Below, in pieces: positions 9,602 to 20,741 of a stretch of DNA of 64,000 nt. The number at the start of each line of letters is the position of its first letter. Positions within the stretch are counted from its first letter, which is position 1. Both the position numbers and the translations under genes were made by a program. Source of the DNA: Bacteroidia bacterium (lineage in GTDB: Bacteria > Bacteroidota > Bacteroidia > JABEUT01); contig DATHNG010000144.1 in NCBI GenBank assembly GCA_035486275.1, forward strand, positions 1,617 to 65,616. The letters are read 5' to 3'. The notes under the pieces were generated by a model. That model was not told the DNA's origin and did no database searches. It saw only the letters and a program-made list of their open reading frames with translations.

Positions 9602-10000
9602 ATGAAAAAGCTCGCGTTTATTTTAGCCATATTAATTACCGGATGCACATCAGTGATGAAACTTGATCAGCAAAAAGCAAAAGACCTGGTAGAAGCACTT
9701 GAACAGAAAATAAATTCCGGAGACTATGCAGGAACCACTCAATATTACGATGAGGTAATGAACAGGACTCAAACTCCTGAGCAGCGTGCTGAGAACTTCA
9801 GGAAGCTACGTGCCGCAGTTGGTGATTTTGTATCGATGGAATGCACTTCAATTAAAAATGGAACCGATGAGAACGATATGCCATGTGTGAATTTGGTGTA
9901 CAAAATAAAGCACACTAAAATAAATACAATTGAAAGCTTTACGGTTGTCCGCAATGAGAGCGGCTATAAAGTATCTGTACACGACATAATACAAGGATAG
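9602..10000 (+). CDS. Hypothetical lipoprotein
   Basis: The ATG at 9602 gives MKKLAFILAILITGC, a lipobox. No recognisable domain. Confidence 0.5.
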   Translation: MKKLAFILAILITGCTSVMKLDQQKAKDLVEALEQKINSGDYAGTTQYYDEVMNRTQTPEQRAENFRKLRAAVGDFVSMECTSIKNGTDENDMPCVNLVYKIKHTKINTIESFTVVRNESGYKVSVHDIIQG

Positions 10001-10014
10001 AGCTGCTTCCGGGC

Positions 10015-10593
10015 TTATTTCCTTGGATAGGCCTTTATTACTTTTTCATGTTTCATGTTCTCATATTGAATCTGAACTTCTGTATCGGTTAAGCTTGTCA
10101 CTTTCCAGCAAAAGCAACAAAAACAAGGCGTGTCTGTTGGTGCAGGAAAATACTCCGCCTTATTTGTGTTGGTATTGAACAGCACAAGTTTACCACGGCC
10201 CTTACCGTACAACCCATCGAACATCATCAGGTGCTTAAGAGTGTCTTTATAAAAAACAGATTGCCCGTATAATATGGTTTGCCCTGTGGCTTTTTCAATT
10301 ACCTCAAATGTTATTGGGTTCACTTCTAAGTGGGTAGCCATAATATAGGTCTTCTCAAAGTCGGCATATACATAGCCAAGTGCCGCTAATCCCAGGCTTT
10401 TTTCTGCTGAGTTAAGCATATTACTGTCTTTGCCATGAATTAGTACTACTGCGTTTGAGTCGGCCCGCAGGCTTTTAACCTGTACTATATACCCACCTTT
10501 TAAGTTATAGGTTTTGTAAACAGTATCCTTAGGGCTTTTGGCGAAACAAGTGAAGGATAAAAGAATTAAACTAATTCCCAGTAGTTTATTCAT
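10015..10593 (-). CDS. Hypothetical secreted protein with a CFCCFC cysteine cluster
   Basis: 192 aa with a signal peptide. Four Cys within six residues (PCFCCFCW) near the C-terminus. Confidence 0.5.
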   Translation of the reverse strand: MNKLLGISLILLSFTCFAKSPKDTVYKTYNLKGGYIVQVKSLRADSNAVVLIHGKDSNMLNSAEKSLGLAALGYVYADFEKTYIMATHLEVNPITFEVIEKATGQTILYGQSVFYKDTLKHLMMFDGLYGKGRGKLVLFNTNTNKAEYFPAPTDTPCFCCFCWKVTSLTDTEVQIQYENMKHEKVIKAYPRK

Positions 10594-10611
10594 AAGTATA
10601 AAAACATTTTA

Positions 10612-10652
10612 CCGCAAAGTACGCAAAGAAAATTCACGCAAAGAACACAAAG
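10612..10652. repeat. Four tandem (C/A)CAAAG-containing heptad-like repeats
   Basis: ccgcaaag tacgcaaag ... cacgcaaag aacacaaag in the aspS upstream intergenic region. The same family occurs in the opposite orientation at 37680-37720. Confidence 0.6.
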
Positions 10653-10726
10653 AAATAAAGTCCTAACTAAGGGGGAGGATTTAGGTGGGGCTTTTATTTG
10701 TAATTTCGCAACCTTAAGAAAAAACA

Positions 10727-12484
10727 ATGCTAAGAACACATACTTGCGGAGAACTAACGCTAAAGAACGCAGGCCAGGAGGTAAAACTCAGTGGCTGGGT
10801 GCACAAGAACAGAGAAATGGGTGGATTGACATTTGTCGATCTGCGCGATCGTTATGGAATTACACAATTGGTATTTGATGCAAATAAAGATAAAGAGTTG
10901 GGAGAAAAAGCTGCAAAACTAGGCCGTGAGTTTGTTATTCAGGCTACCGGAAAAGTGGTTGAGAGAAGCAGTAAGAATGCAAAAATTACTACCGGTGAAA
11001 TAGAGATAATTGTTACATCATTCGAAATATTGAATGTTTCAAAAACTCCACCGTTTACATTAGATGAGAATACGGACGGAGGTGAGGAACTCCGCATGAA
11101 ATACAGGTACCTGGACCTTCGCCGCGAGCCTATTAAAAACAATTTGCTGAACCGCCACAAGGTTGCAAAAGCCGTTCGCGAATATTTAGATAGCAAAGGT
11201 TTTGCCGATATTGAAACACCGTTTTTAATTAAGAGCACACCCGAGGGCGCCCGCGATTTTATTGTCCCTTCACGTGTTAACCAGGGTGAGTTTTATGCAT
11301 TGCCGCAATCGCCGCAAACATTCAAACAAATATTAATGGTAGCAGGTTTCGACCGCTATTACCAGATCGTAAGATGTTTCCGTGATGAGGACTTACGTGC
11401 TGACAGGCAGCCTGAATTTACGCAGATAGACTGCGAAATGGCTTTTGTAGAACAGGAAGATATTTTGCAAATGTTTGAGGGCATGGTGAAGCATGTTTTC
11501 AAATCGGTAAGGAATATTGAGATGGGAAATTTCCCTCGCATGACCTATGCCGATGCTATGAAGTATTATGGTAACGATAAGCCCGATACCCGCTTTGGTA
11601 TGCTTATTCACGACATTACTTCTGCAGTAAAAGGCAAAGGATTTAAAGTGCTGGATGAAGCTGAAACGGTAGGTTGTATCTCGGTTCCGAATGCTTCGGA
11701 ATATTCCCGAAGCCAGACAGATGAATTGATAGAATTCGTAAAACGTCCGCAGATAGGCGCTAAAAGATTGATATATGTAAAGTACGGAACGGACGGTTCA
11801 TTAAAATCGTCGGTAGATAAATTTTACACACCGGAAGATCTGAAGAAATGGGTAGATGCGGCTGAAGCAAAACCAGGTGATCTGATTTTAGTCGTTAGTG
11901 GACACGCTGCTATTACACGCCGTGCATTATGTGAATTGCGATTAGAAATGGGCACACGTTTGGGCCTACGTTCAAAGAGTGTGTACAATCCACTATGGGT
12001 TATCGATTTTCCTTTGCTGGAAGAAGATAAAGAAGCAGGTCGTTGGAATGCATGCCATCATCCGTTTACATCGTGGAAGAAAGAAGATGAACACTTTTTT
12101 GAAACAGGCGAATTGGGCAAGATACGTGCCAATGCGTATGACCTGGTAATTAACGGTGTTGAAGTAGGTGGCGGTTCTATTCGCATACACGACCGAAAGA
12201 ACCAGGAGAAAATGTTCAATACCCTTGGCCTTAGCAAGGAAGAAGTTGAACTGAAATTTGCATTTATATTAAATGCGTTTGAATATGGCGCACCTCCACA
12301 TGGTGGCCTTGCATTTGGCTTAGACCGTTTTGCATCTATGACCATAGCAAACGAAGAGAACATCCGTGAATTTATTGCCTTCCCTAAAAATAATGCCGGC
12401 CGCGATATGATGATGGATAGCCCATCTACCATTGATGCCGCGCAATTAAAGGAATTGGGGATTAAGATAGAGGCGGAGAAGTGA
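10727..12484 (+). CDS. aspS: Aspartate--tRNA ligase
   Basis: 585 aa. N-terminal [10 protein letters not shown] and an OB-fold region, then [16 protein letters not shown] (class II motif 2 region) and C-terminal GLDR. Confidence 0.96.
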   Translation: MLRTHTCGELTLKNAGQEVKLSGWVHKNREMGGLTFVDLRDRYGITQLVFDANKDKELGEKAAKLGREFVIQATGKVVERSSKNAKITTGEIEIIVTSFEILNVSKTPPFTLDENTDGGEELRMKYRYLDLRREPIKNNLLNRHKVAKAVREYLDSKGFADIETPFLIKSTPEGARDFIVPSRVNQGEFYALPQSPQTFKQILMVAGFDRYYQIVRCFRDEDLRADRQPEFTQIDCEMAFVEQEDILQMFEGMVKHVFKSVRNIEMGNFPRMTYADAMKYYGNDKPDTRFGMLIHDITSAVKGKGFKVLDEAETVGCISVPNASEYSRSQTDELIEFVKRPQIGAKRLIYVKYGTDGSLKSSVDKFYTPEDLKKWVDAAEAKPGDLILVVSGHAAITRRALCELRLEMGTRLGLRSKSVYNPLWVIDFPLLEEDKEAGRWNACHHPFTSWKKEDEHFFETGELGKIRANAYDLVINGVEVGGGSIRIHDRKNQEKMFNTLGLSKEEVELKFAFILNAFEYGAPPHGGLAFGLDRFASMTIANEENIREFIAFPKNNAGRDMMMDSPSTIDAAQLKELGIKIEAEK

Positions 12485-12498
12485 TATTACACAATGTG

Positions 12499-13524
12499 AT
12501 GAAAAAGTGGCTCCCTAAAAAAATAGTTATTATTATAGTTACATGTGGAATTTTCAGCAATGGTAAGGCACAAAATCTTATCGAGCAAGGAGCAAGCCTG
12601 GTTAAGGAAAATAAATTTCAGAATGCTCTCATAATTTATAATCAAGCAGTTATAAACTATCCTGATTCTGAAACTGCTTATAAAGGAAGGGCTAATTGTA
12701 AATCCGAACTCCGAGATTATACAGGAGCCATTAAGGATTATAATAAGGCAATAGAACTAAGACCTAATGATCCAGATAACTATGAAGGAAAGGGATTAAC
12801 AGAGGAGCTAAGTAATGATTATACGAGTGCATTAGATGATTATAATAGATCTGTTAAATTAAATGATAAAAATGTTGGAATTTATATAAATAGAGCAGGA
12901 GTAAAACTAAAGTTAAATGACACCATCGGAGCATTTGATGATTATGATGCAGCACTTAAAATTAGTCCAAATTCATTCGATGTGTTTTTAAATAAAGGAG
13001 CCTCAGAAGCTCAGATCAAAAGATATGCGGCCGCAATTCACGACTTAGATATTGCAATTAAAATTGATTCTTCTGATGTTGGTGCATATATTGATAGGGG
13101 TTCTGCTAAATCATGGGCAGGAGATTATGCTGGTGCAACAATAGACTTTAGTAAAGCGATGAAATTTCCACAATCTTCTATGTCTTTATCGGCTGTTTAC
13201 GAGGATAAAGGTGGACTTGATACTAAAATGCATGATACTATTACTGCGTTTAAAGATTATACCAAAGCTATTCAACTGGATCCTACTTCAGCCGCAGCTT
13301 ATTATAGAAGGGGAGAAATCAGGCAGAATATAAAAGACTATGACGGGGCACTTAGTGATTACAATAAGTTTGTAGAGCTATCGAATTCTTCATTGGCTTT
13401 TTTAGAAAGAGGCCTATTAGAAATTGAGTTAAATAAGAAAACGGAAGCGTGCAAAGATTTTAATAAAGCAGCGGAACTAGGAAGTAAATCTGCAATTGAG
13501 AAAATCAAAGAATTTTGTAAATAG
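12499..13524 (+). CDS. TPR-repeat protein with signal peptide
   Basis: The ATG at 12499 gives MKKWLPKKIVIIIVTCGIFSNGKAQ. About 8 repeats of the A..DY(N/T)KAI.L.P type follow. Markedly AT-rich. Confidence 0.75.
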   Translation: MKKWLPKKIVIIIVTCGIFSNGKAQNLIEQGASLVKENKFQNALIIYNQAVINYPDSETAYKGRANCKSELRDYTGAIKDYNKAIELRPNDPDNYEGKGLTEELSNDYTSALDDYNRSVKLNDKNVGIYINRAGVKLKLNDTIGAFDDYDAALKISPNSFDVFLNKGASEAQIKRYAAAIHDLDIAIKIDSSDVGAYIDRGSAKSWAGDYAGATIDFSKAMKFPQSSMSLSAVYEDKGGLDTKMHDTITAFKDYTKAIQLDPTSAAAYYRRGEIRQNIKDYDGALSDYNKFVELSNSSLAFLERGLLEIELNKKTEACKDFNKAAELGSKSAIEKIKEFCK

Positions 13525-13539
13525 ATAGCCCCACAGTTA

Positions 13540-13560
13540 GGCGAAGGCTGCGCCTTCGTC
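13540..13560. terminator. Hairpin between convergent genes
   Basis: ggcgaaggc-tgc-gccttcgtc: a 9-bp stem (one G-U pair) with a 3-nt loop. No strong T-run. Confidence 0.35.
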
Positions 13561-13572
13561 ATAATATAGTTG

Positions 13573-14697
13573 TTATCTTCCAGCTACATGGCTTTCTAAA
13601 AGCTGAACATATCTTTTTACTTCGGTAGATAATCTATTTTGATCTTTTCCAAAGTGGAATGTTTTTATTCTATTATTCACTTTAATCTGTAAAAAAATAG
13701 CGTTGTGCCTTGTTATATCTGGCTTAACATAAACTTCATCTTCTGCATTTATAATACTTGAAGGGATTGAATCTATAAGTATTTTGTCATTCTTAAAATA
13801 GTACTCATTCATTGTATCAGTTGTGAACTTCACCAACCCTCCATTTTTTTCATCATACTGAAAAGATTCGCCATTTTCTGCTTTAATTAAACATGTCTTA
13901 TTAATCTTTTTCATATTTGCTGCAAAGCCGCCTGGAGCAAACTCAGTATAAGACCCATAAATCAAATAATCAATACCTTTCTGTACCATCGCTTTTGTAA
14001 CATCCGAATTTGTTATAACAGTGTCTGGACTTATTTCAATAGTGTGAATACTTTTTTCTGCCTCTGCAAAAAATCCTGTAGTATCTTTCTTATATGCAGA
14101 AAATTTAATGCGTATTATTTGTCGATTAACAATGCAATAAGCAATAAAGTCCTCATGGATATTTTCATTAGCACGATACTTTTCACATATTAGCCCCATA
14201 ATAAAATCTCTATTATTTATCTTTTGAAGGGAAAATCTACTTTTCACATTACCTAAAGAATGTGCCATGAAATCGTACTCAAACTTCTTAATCGAATTTG
14301 AGTCCCATTTTAGAGTCTTGTTATCTTGACAATCCGGGTACGTCTGCTGAATAATAGTAGCTTGATAAAGGGAGTCAGGTTCAACATTCTTGCCCTTTAG
14401 CATGGGTAAGCTATTGCGCTGGATACGAATACTATATGACCTTGATGCAAAACGAAAATACATATAATCATCACATGCATTATCCTCAGGATCCCTGAAC
14501 TGAAATGCGGTATCCATTTTAACAGGTAAATAAACAGATAAGGTCCCACAATAATTTATCAACTTCACTTTTCTTAAAGAAAATCCTTTAAGGTCTAATG
14601 GAGAAGTTACCGCAGTTTTATAAGTTGGATTTTCACAAGAAACTAAAACTATTGCTATAAGAAATGTGATAATTAATCGCGGAAGTATACGCTTCAT
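13573..14697 (-). CDS. Hypothetical lipoprotein
   Basis: 374 aa. Lipobox (IVLVSC). No recognisable domain. AT-rich. Confidence 0.5.
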   Translation of the reverse strand: MKRILPRLIITFLIAIVLVSCENPTYKTAVTSPLDLKGFSLRKVKLINYCGTLSVYLPVKMDTAFQFRDPEDNACDDYMYFRFASRSYSIRIQRNSLPMLKGKNVEPDSLYQATIIQQTYPDCQDNKTLKWDSNSIKKFEYDFMAHSLGNVKSRFSLQKINNRDFIMGLICEKYRANENIHEDFIAYCIVNRQIIRIKFSAYKKDTTGFFAEAEKSIHTIEISPDTVITNSDVTKAMVQKGIDYLIYGSYTEFAPGGFAANMKKINKTCLIKAENGESFQYDEKNGGLVKFTTDTMNEYYFKNDKILIDSIPSSIINAEDEVYVKPDITRHNAIFLQIKVNNRIKTFHFGKDQNRLSTEVKRYVQLLESHVAGR

Positions 14698-14729
14698 ATC
14701 GTCAGGATGAACCTTGATTATAAAATAAC

Positions 14730-15311
14730 TTACTTCACAATATTCACTTCAGTATTACTGTAGGCATCGAGTGCATCAAGCTGTGATTTTATATTATCAC
14801 TCCATTCCTGCTGGCGAGCAGCGTTAAGCCCATGGTTGGTTTCATCGTCGTATTTCTGTTCTGTTCTTTCCCATTCCTGTTCAACCTTATTGTACATGTT
14901 CTGAATTACCTGGTTCATATTACTCACCTTCTTAAAATCTTTATCGGCTATCATTTTCCTGAGCTTGCGTGCATATAGCTCAGTTATGTTGAAATGCAAT
15001 TGCTCATGCTTTAATACATATTCAGAATACTGGACAATGTATGATTTGGATTTTAAAAAAAGCGCTTCTACTTCAAATACAAGTTGCCCGTTATTTTCAT
15101 TCGTGTAAAAGAAAATGCTGGATACAGTATAACCCATTGGTCCACCCTGGTGTGGTTTTGCTTTAAAATCATCTTTGGTAAGTAAAGAGTCTTTTCTCCA
15201 GACGATGGTATCGCCCTGTAGTTTTTTAATGTTCGGTGCAAGGCTTGAGCGTTGCGCCAAACCTGTAATAACAAAACTTAAGAAAAGCAACAATACAAGC
15301 GGTTTTCGCAT
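14730..15311 (-). CDS. DUF922-like putative Zn-metallopeptidase-fold protein
   Basis: 193 aa with a signal peptide. HEQLHF motif followed by ELYARKLR, as in DUF922 family members I recall. Confidence 0.5.
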   Translation of the reverse strand: MRKPLVLLLFLSFVITGLAQRSSLAPNIKKLQGDTIVWRKDSLLTKDDFKAKPHQGGPMGYTVSSIFFYTNENNGQLVFEVEALFLKSKSYIVQYSEYVLKHEQLHFNITELYARKLRKMIADKDFKKVSNMNQVIQNMYNKVEQEWERTEQKYDDETNHGLNAARQQEWSDNIKSQLDALDAYSNTEVNIVK

Positions 15312-15453
15312 AATAGGGAATTGTATAACAAATTTAACATTTTATGCTGGTTTTTAGGAATATTAAAGTTTTTGGCATTTTTTTGCCTAAAACCCATATT
15401 TTTTACGAAAAAGGCATATATTCGCCATTCTTAAACCTAAAAAAACAATCAAT

Positions 15454-16725
15454 ATGTCATATTTTTTCACTTCCGAATCTGTATCAGAGGGGCATCCTGA
15501 TAAAGTAGCTGACCAAATTTCTGATGCTATTCTTGATGCGATACTTGCACAAGACCCAAGTTCAAAAGTTGCTTGTGAAAGCTTTGTTACCACAGGCCTT
15601 GCGGTTGTAGGCGGTGAAATTAAAACCAAGGCATATATTGATGTGCAGAAGATCACCCGCGATGCAATTCGCAAAATAGGATACACCAAGGCAGAATATA
15701 TGTTCGATGGTGATTCTTGCGGTGTTATTTCAACCATACACGAACAATCTCCTGATATTAACCAGGGCGTTGAAAGAACCAAGGAAGAAGACCAGGGCGC
15801 CGGTGACCAGGGTATGATGTTCGGTTACGCTTGTACCGAAACCGATAATTACATGCCATTGGCAATAGAAATGGCTCACCTTTTGGTAAAGGAATTAGCT
15901 GCTATCCGCAGAGAGGGTAAGAAAATGAAATACTTAAGGCCTGATGCAAAATCGCAGGTTACTATTCAATACAGCGACAAAGGTAAGGCTGAACGTGTTG
16001 ATACCATTGTGGTTTCAACCCAGCACGATGATTTTGATACCGAAGCAGCAATGCAACAAAAGATACGTGAAGATGTAATAGGTATACTTATACCACGTGT
16101 TAAAAAACAACTTCCTGCTAAAGCAAGAAAACTGCTTAAGGACGATATTAAATACTTTGTGAACCCTACCGGAAAATTTGTGATCGGTGGCCCGCATGGC
16201 GACACCGGCCTTACCGGAAGAAAAATTATTGTTGACACCTATGGCGGAAAATGTGCACATGGTGGTGGTGCATTCTCAGGTAAAGATTCTTCAAAAGTGG
16301 ACCGTTCAGCTGCATATGCGGTGCGCCACATAGCAAAGAACTTAGTTGCAGCAGGTGTATCTGCCGAAGCTGAAGTGCAGGTAGCATACGCTATTGGTGT
16401 TGCACAACCTGTGTCTATTTATGTAGATACTAAAGGTACATGCAAATTGCGCGACAAAGAAGGCAAGAAATTAAGCGATGGTGAAATATCCAAGCGCGTT
16501 GCAAAGTTATTTGACATGCGCCCGGCAGCTATTGTAAAACGTTTCGGCTTACGCAACCCAATATTCTCAGAAACAGCAGCTTACGGACATATTGGCCGTA
16601 TACCAGGTACGAAAGAAGTAAATGGTAAAAAGTATGAAACTTTTACATGGGAAAAGCTTGATTATGTTGATGCAGTTAAGAAAGAATTTGCTATAACCGA
16701 ACACAAAGAGGCTTCTCTGGCATAA
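15454..16725 (+). CDS. metK: S-adenosylmethionine synthase
   Basis: 423 aa. [25 protein letters not shown] and GGGAFSGKD signatures. Confidence 0.97.
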   Translation: MSYFFTSESVSEGHPDKVADQISDAILDAILAQDPSSKVACESFVTTGLAVVGGEIKTKAYIDVQKITRDAIRKIGYTKAEYMFDGDSCGVISTIHEQSPDINQGVERTKEEDQGAGDQGMMFGYACTETDNYMPLAIEMAHLLVKELAAIRREGKKMKYLRPDAKSQVTIQYSDKGKAERVDTIVVSTQHDDFDTEAAMQQKIREDVIGILIPRVKKQLPAKARKLLKDDIKYFVNPTGKFVIGGPHGDTGLTGRKIIVDTYGGKCAHGGGAFSGKDSSKVDRSAAYAVRHIAKNLVAAGVSAEAEVQVAYAIGVAQPVSIYVDTKGTCKLRDKEGKKLSDGEISKRVAKLFDMRPAAIVKRFGLRNPIFSETAAYGHIGRIPGTKEVNGKKYETFTWEKLDYVDAVKKEFAITEHKEASLA

Positions 16726-16750
16726 TTCTGCTTGTTTAATAATTGAAAAA

Positions 16751-16780
16751 CAGCCCCCTGAAAGGGGGCTGTTTACGTTT
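16751..16780 (+). terminator. Rho-independent terminator of metK
   Basis: cagccccct-gaa-agggggctg GC-rich stem followed by tttacgttt. Confidence 0.65.
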
Positions 16781-16862
16781 ATAGTGTAGCGAAACGCCTT
16801 TTTGGTTATGTAGATAAATTTTTGTAACTTTATAAGTTCGTATATATCATGTTTTGTATGAA

Positions 16863-19800
16863 ATGAGTAAAGAGTACAAAATAATATTTTTCTTAAGTTT
16901 TCTGTTGAGGGGGAATTATATTGCTTTTTCTCAATCACAAACTTTACAACCTACGCCAAACCATATAGCTATAAATAATGCAATGGCTAACACCATTGCA
17001 ACCAATGCCTCTTATGTAAACTATATTGAAAATAAAGGGCAGTGGTATAACGGACTGCTGTATAAAGCTGACTTCTACGGAGGGCAGATATTCCTCGAAA
17101 GAAATGCATTTACCTATTTATTTTTCCCTCCCGGTGGAATGGAGCGTATGCACCCGCACCCTGATGCCAACCCGCAGGATTTTGTTAGTTGCACCATGAC
17201 CTTTCAGGCAGTGCGAATGGAATTTGAAAATAGCCTGCAACCTATAGTTGAGGCAGCAGACAGAAAGGAGTTTTATTGCAATTACTTTCTGGGTAATGAT
17301 AGAAGTAAATGGGCCACAGGTGTTGGTGTATTTGGTAATATTAATTACACTAACATTTACCAGGGTATTTCAGTAAAAGTATTCAGCGACCTGAATAATG
17401 TACGGTATGACTTTTTTATAGAACCGCATGCCGATATTACAAAACTGAAGATGCGCTTCACCGGACAGAACTACCTTTCAATTAAAGAAAAGCAATTGGT
17501 AATTCACACTGAGATAGGAGATATAGCCCAGGCAACACCCATAGCTTACCAGCAAATAAATGGCGCAAAAGTAAATGTAGATTGCGACTTTGTATTGAAA
17601 AATGATGAATTGAGCTTCAATATAAAAGGACCATACGATGCTTCATTGCCTTTAATAATTGACCCTACACTTGTATTTTCAACTTTCAGCGGCTCCACTA
17701 CCGATAATTGGGGAATGAGTGCAACTTACGATGCCCTGAGCAATGCCTATACTTCCGGTATAGGTTTCGGAAGTGCCACGGGCGGTTCTTATCCTGTTAC
17801 ACCGGGGGCTTTCCAGGCAACGTTTCAAGGTGGCGGTACGGGTGGCGGCAATAATTGGGGGTCTCCCGATAACCTTGGTTTTGATATAGTAATATCTAAA
17901 TTTAATCCTACCGGAACGTCATTGTTATTTTCCACTTACCTGGGCGGGAATGATAATGAGGAACCTCAGAGCCTTGTGGTAGATAATGCTAATAACCTGC
18001 TTGTATTGGGGCGCACATATTCAACAAATTTCCCGACTACAGCAGGTGCATTCAGTAATACCTCAGGTGGAGGCGCTGATCTGTGTATAACCAAATTTGA
18101 TTCAAGCGGTGCACTGCTGGCTTCTACTTATGTGGGTGGCTCAGGCGACGATGGTGTGAATATTTCAGCTATTGAGAATTTTCTAGGCTCTTTAAAGTTT
18201 AACTATGCAGATGATGGAAGAGGAGATATTGTAGTAGATAATAATAACAATGTATACGTAGCTTCCTGCACGTCTTCACCTGATTTTCCAACTACCGCCG
18301 GCGCACCACAATCAACTGCCCAGGGCATGCAGGATGGATGCGCATTTAAAATGAGTTCCAATTTGACTACCATGCTTTGGGGTACTTATTTGGGTGGCAG
18401 TTCAGACGATGCAGCCTATAATATTGCATTGAATTCATTGAATGAAGCCTATGTGGCAGGTGGCACATCAAGCTCAAATTTTCCTACTACCTCATCAACC
18501 TTGCAACCTACTTACAGCGGAGCAATTGATGGATTTTTGGTGCACCTTTCTACAACAGGTAAATTAATACAGGCAACATACTTAGGCACTGCGGGCTACG
18601 ATCAGGCATTTTTTGTGCAGACCGATAGAAATAATAATGTCTACGCATATGGACAGACCAGTGGAAATTACCCGATAACAGCAGGTGTATATTCCAATCC
18701 GAATAGCGGCCAGTTTATCCACGAAATGGACCCTACACTTTCTAAAACTATTTTTTCTACTGAGTTTGGCTCTGGCCGTGGTGTACCAGATATTGCTCCT
18801 TCCGCATTCCTGGTTGATAATTGTCTGAATATATATATATCTGGTTGGGGTGGCGATCTGTACGGATACAATGGCACTAACAGCAGTACTATCGGATTAC
18901 CCGTAACTTCGAATGCGTATCGTGGGGTACCTAATGTTGTTAATGATTCATACACAGGAAATGTGAATAATGGAGAGGATTTTTACTTTATGGTAATGCA
19001 AAAGGAAGCCTCTTCCTTATGGTATGCAACATTTTTTGGCAGTACTGGCGGGAGCAATGGAAGCCTTGCTCACGTTGATGGGGGAACAAGCCGGTTCGAT
19101 AAAAGAGGGGTAATATACCAGGCCATTTGTGGTGGCTGTTGGGGTTATTCCGATATTCCCACAACACCAGGAGCATGGTCGGCTACTAATAAAAGCCCGA
19201 ACTGCAACAATGCATTGGTAAAATTTAAAATGGACCTGCTGGAAACAATTGCCTCATTTATAATCAGCCCAAACGTAACGGTTGGTTGTACACCATTTAG
19301 CGTAAACTTTAAAAATATTACCACCTATGGAAAATCGTATCGTTGGTTTTTCGGTAATGGCGATACTTCTAATGCCACTTCTCCAAGTTATTTGTATTCA
19401 AAGCCGGGTACATATACGGTTACACTTATAGCTACCGATTCAACGACCTGTAATATTACCGACACAGGTTATGCAACCGTCAGGGTCGTAATTCCTCCCA
19501 CATTGGTTGCTCCATCAACATTTGTTTGTATTGGCGATAGTGTTAACCTGAAAACAACAATATCAGGTGGAAGCGGCGGCGCAACAGCCTATTCATGGAC
19601 ACCTTCCAATGGATTGAATGATACCGCCATAGCATCGCCTCATGCGGCGCCATTAGGTTCTACAACCTATTATGTAAGTGCAAAAGATAGCTTCTGTACT
19701 GTTAAGGATACCGTACATGTTGAGGTATATTCCAACACTACTAAAATTATTCCCAACAATGGTCAGCTATGCCTGGGCGATTCATTGGCATTGAAAACCG

Positions 19801-20669
19801 ATAGTAGTTTTGTAGCGTATGTATGGTCAACCGGCTCTACGGCCTCATCCATCGAAGCAATTACTGGCGGCCCGTATTTTGTTGCGACAACCGATAAACA
19901 TGGCTGCAAGGGTAAAGATAGTGTGGAGATACTTTCATTCTCCAAGGTACCGCTTACTGAGTCTGATACTGCAATATGCCTGAACAACATAGTTCATTTA
20001 TATGCCGATAGTGGAAATTATAAATATAATTGGGAGCCTTCTTATGGCCTCAATAAATACAATATCTATAACCCTGTCGCCAGGCCATACGCAAGTGTTA
20101 CCTATACAGTTACTGTAACAAATGGTCCATGTGTTAGTAAAGACTCTGCTATAATTATAGTTAAGCCAGTACCAATTGTACAAACCATGCCGGATAGCAT
20201 GATGGTGTTGCCGGGGCAAAGCGTAACACTTAACGCAATAGGAACGCCTCCGTTTACATGGTCGCCGACCAGTGAATTAAGTTGTGCCGTATGCTCCTCA
20301 CCTACGGTTAAGGTAGATAGTAATACCGTTTTCTATGTGCAGGTAGCCGACAGCGATGGTTGCCATGCAATAGATTCAGTTATAGTCGACATATTGCCAA
20401 CCATGTATATCCCCGATGCCTTTACACCTAACGGTGATGGCTTAAATGACATATTCAGGCCTAAGTTTACCGGATACAGCAGTATAGAGGTATATATATT
20501 CAACCGTTGGGGACAACTTATATATCACTGGACAACACTGGACGGTGGCTGGGATGGTACCATTGATGGCAAAAAAGTGCAGGAAGACACCTATGTATAT
20601 ATGTTAAAGGCTGTCACGTACTTCAACCAGGTTTTCCAGAAGATTGGCAGTGTTACAGTTATCAAGTAA
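16863..20669 (+). CDS. Very large secreted beta-propeller (SBBP-like) / PKD / Ig-repeat protein with T9SS type B C-terminal sorting domain
   Basis: The ATG at 16863 gives a signal peptide. Repeated (S/T)NFPTT(A/S)GA propeller motifs, a PKD-like block (FKNITTYGKSYRWFFGNGDTS), then YIPDAFTPNGDGLNDIF...FNRWGQLIY, the gliding-motility CTD / type B sorting signature. Confidence 0.7.
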   Translation: MSKEYKIIFFLSFLLRGNYIAFSQSQTLQPTPNHIAINNAMANTIATNASYVNYIENKGQWYNGLLYKADFYGGQIFLERNAFTYLFFPPGGMERMHPHPDANPQDFVSCTMTFQAVRMEFENSLQPIVEAADRKEFYCNYFLGNDRSKWATGVGVFGNINYTNIYQGISVKVFSDLNNVRYDFFIEPHADITKLKMRFTGQNYLSIKEKQLVIHTEIGDIAQATPIAYQQINGAKVNVDCDFVLKNDELSFNIKGPYDASLPLIIDPTLVFSTFSGSTTDNWGMSATYDALSNAYTSGIGFGSATGGSYPVTPGAFQATFQGGGTGGGNNWGSPDNLGFDIVISKFNPTGTSLLFSTYLGGNDNEEPQSLVVDNANNLLVLGRTYSTNFPTTAGAFSNTSGGGADLCITKFDSSGALLASTYVGGSGDDGVNISAIENFLGSLKFNYADDGRGDIVVDNNNNVYVASCTSSPDFPTTAGAPQSTAQGMQDGCAFKMSSNLTTMLWGTYLGGSSDDAAYNIALNSLNEAYVAGGTSSSNFPTTSSTLQPTYSGAIDGFLVHLSTTGKLIQATYLGTAGYDQAFFVQTDRNNNVYAYGQTSGNYPITAGVYSNPNSGQFIHEMDPTLSKTIFSTEFGSGRGVPDIAPSAFLVDNCLNIYISGWGGDLYGYNGTNSSTIGLPVTSNAYRGVPNVVNDSYTGNVNNGEDFYFMVMQKEASSLWYATFFGSTGGSNGSLAHVDGGTSRFDKRGVIYQAICGGCWGYSDIPTTPGAWSATNKSPNCNNALVKFKMDLLETIASFIISPNVTVGCTPFSVNFKNITTYGKSYRWFFGNGDTSNATSPSYLYSKPGTYTVTLIATDSTTCNITDTGYATVRVVIPPTLVAPSTFVCIGDSVNLKTTISGGSGGATAYSWTPSNGLNDTAIASPHAAPLGSTTYYVSAKDSFCTVKDTVHVEVYSNTTKIIPNNGQLCLGDSLALKTDSSFVAYVWSTGSTASSIEAITGGPYFVATTDKHGCKGKDSVEILSFSKVPLTESDTAICLNNIVHLYADSGNYKYNWEPSYGLNKYNIYNPVARPYASVTYTVTVTNGPCVSKDSAIIIVKPVPIVQTMPDSMMVLPGQSVTLNAIGTPPFTWSPTSELSCAVCSSPTVKVDSNTVFYVQVADSDGCHAIDSVIVDILPTMYIPDAFTPNGDGLNDIFRPKFTGYSSIEVYIFNRWGQLIYHWTTLDGGWDGTIDGKKVQEDTYVYMLKAVTYFNQVFQKIGSVTVIK

Positions 20670-20741
20670 AGAGCTTTTTCCTTCATTTCCTTTGTTAATT
20701 GCCCTGAATGAGTATTTTTGCTCTTCAGCTAAGAAGAAAGT

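Noticed and set aside
15312-15453. Possible SAM riboswitch upstream of metK
   Set aside because: The 140-nt leader is AT-rich and I could not find the conserved SAM-I/SAM-II cores or a convincing multi-helix fold.
16567-16938. 123-aa minus-strand ORF spanning the metK 3' end, its terminator and the start of the next gene
   Set aside because: It overlaps two well-supported plus-strand genes and a terminator hairpin, and has low-complexity composition.
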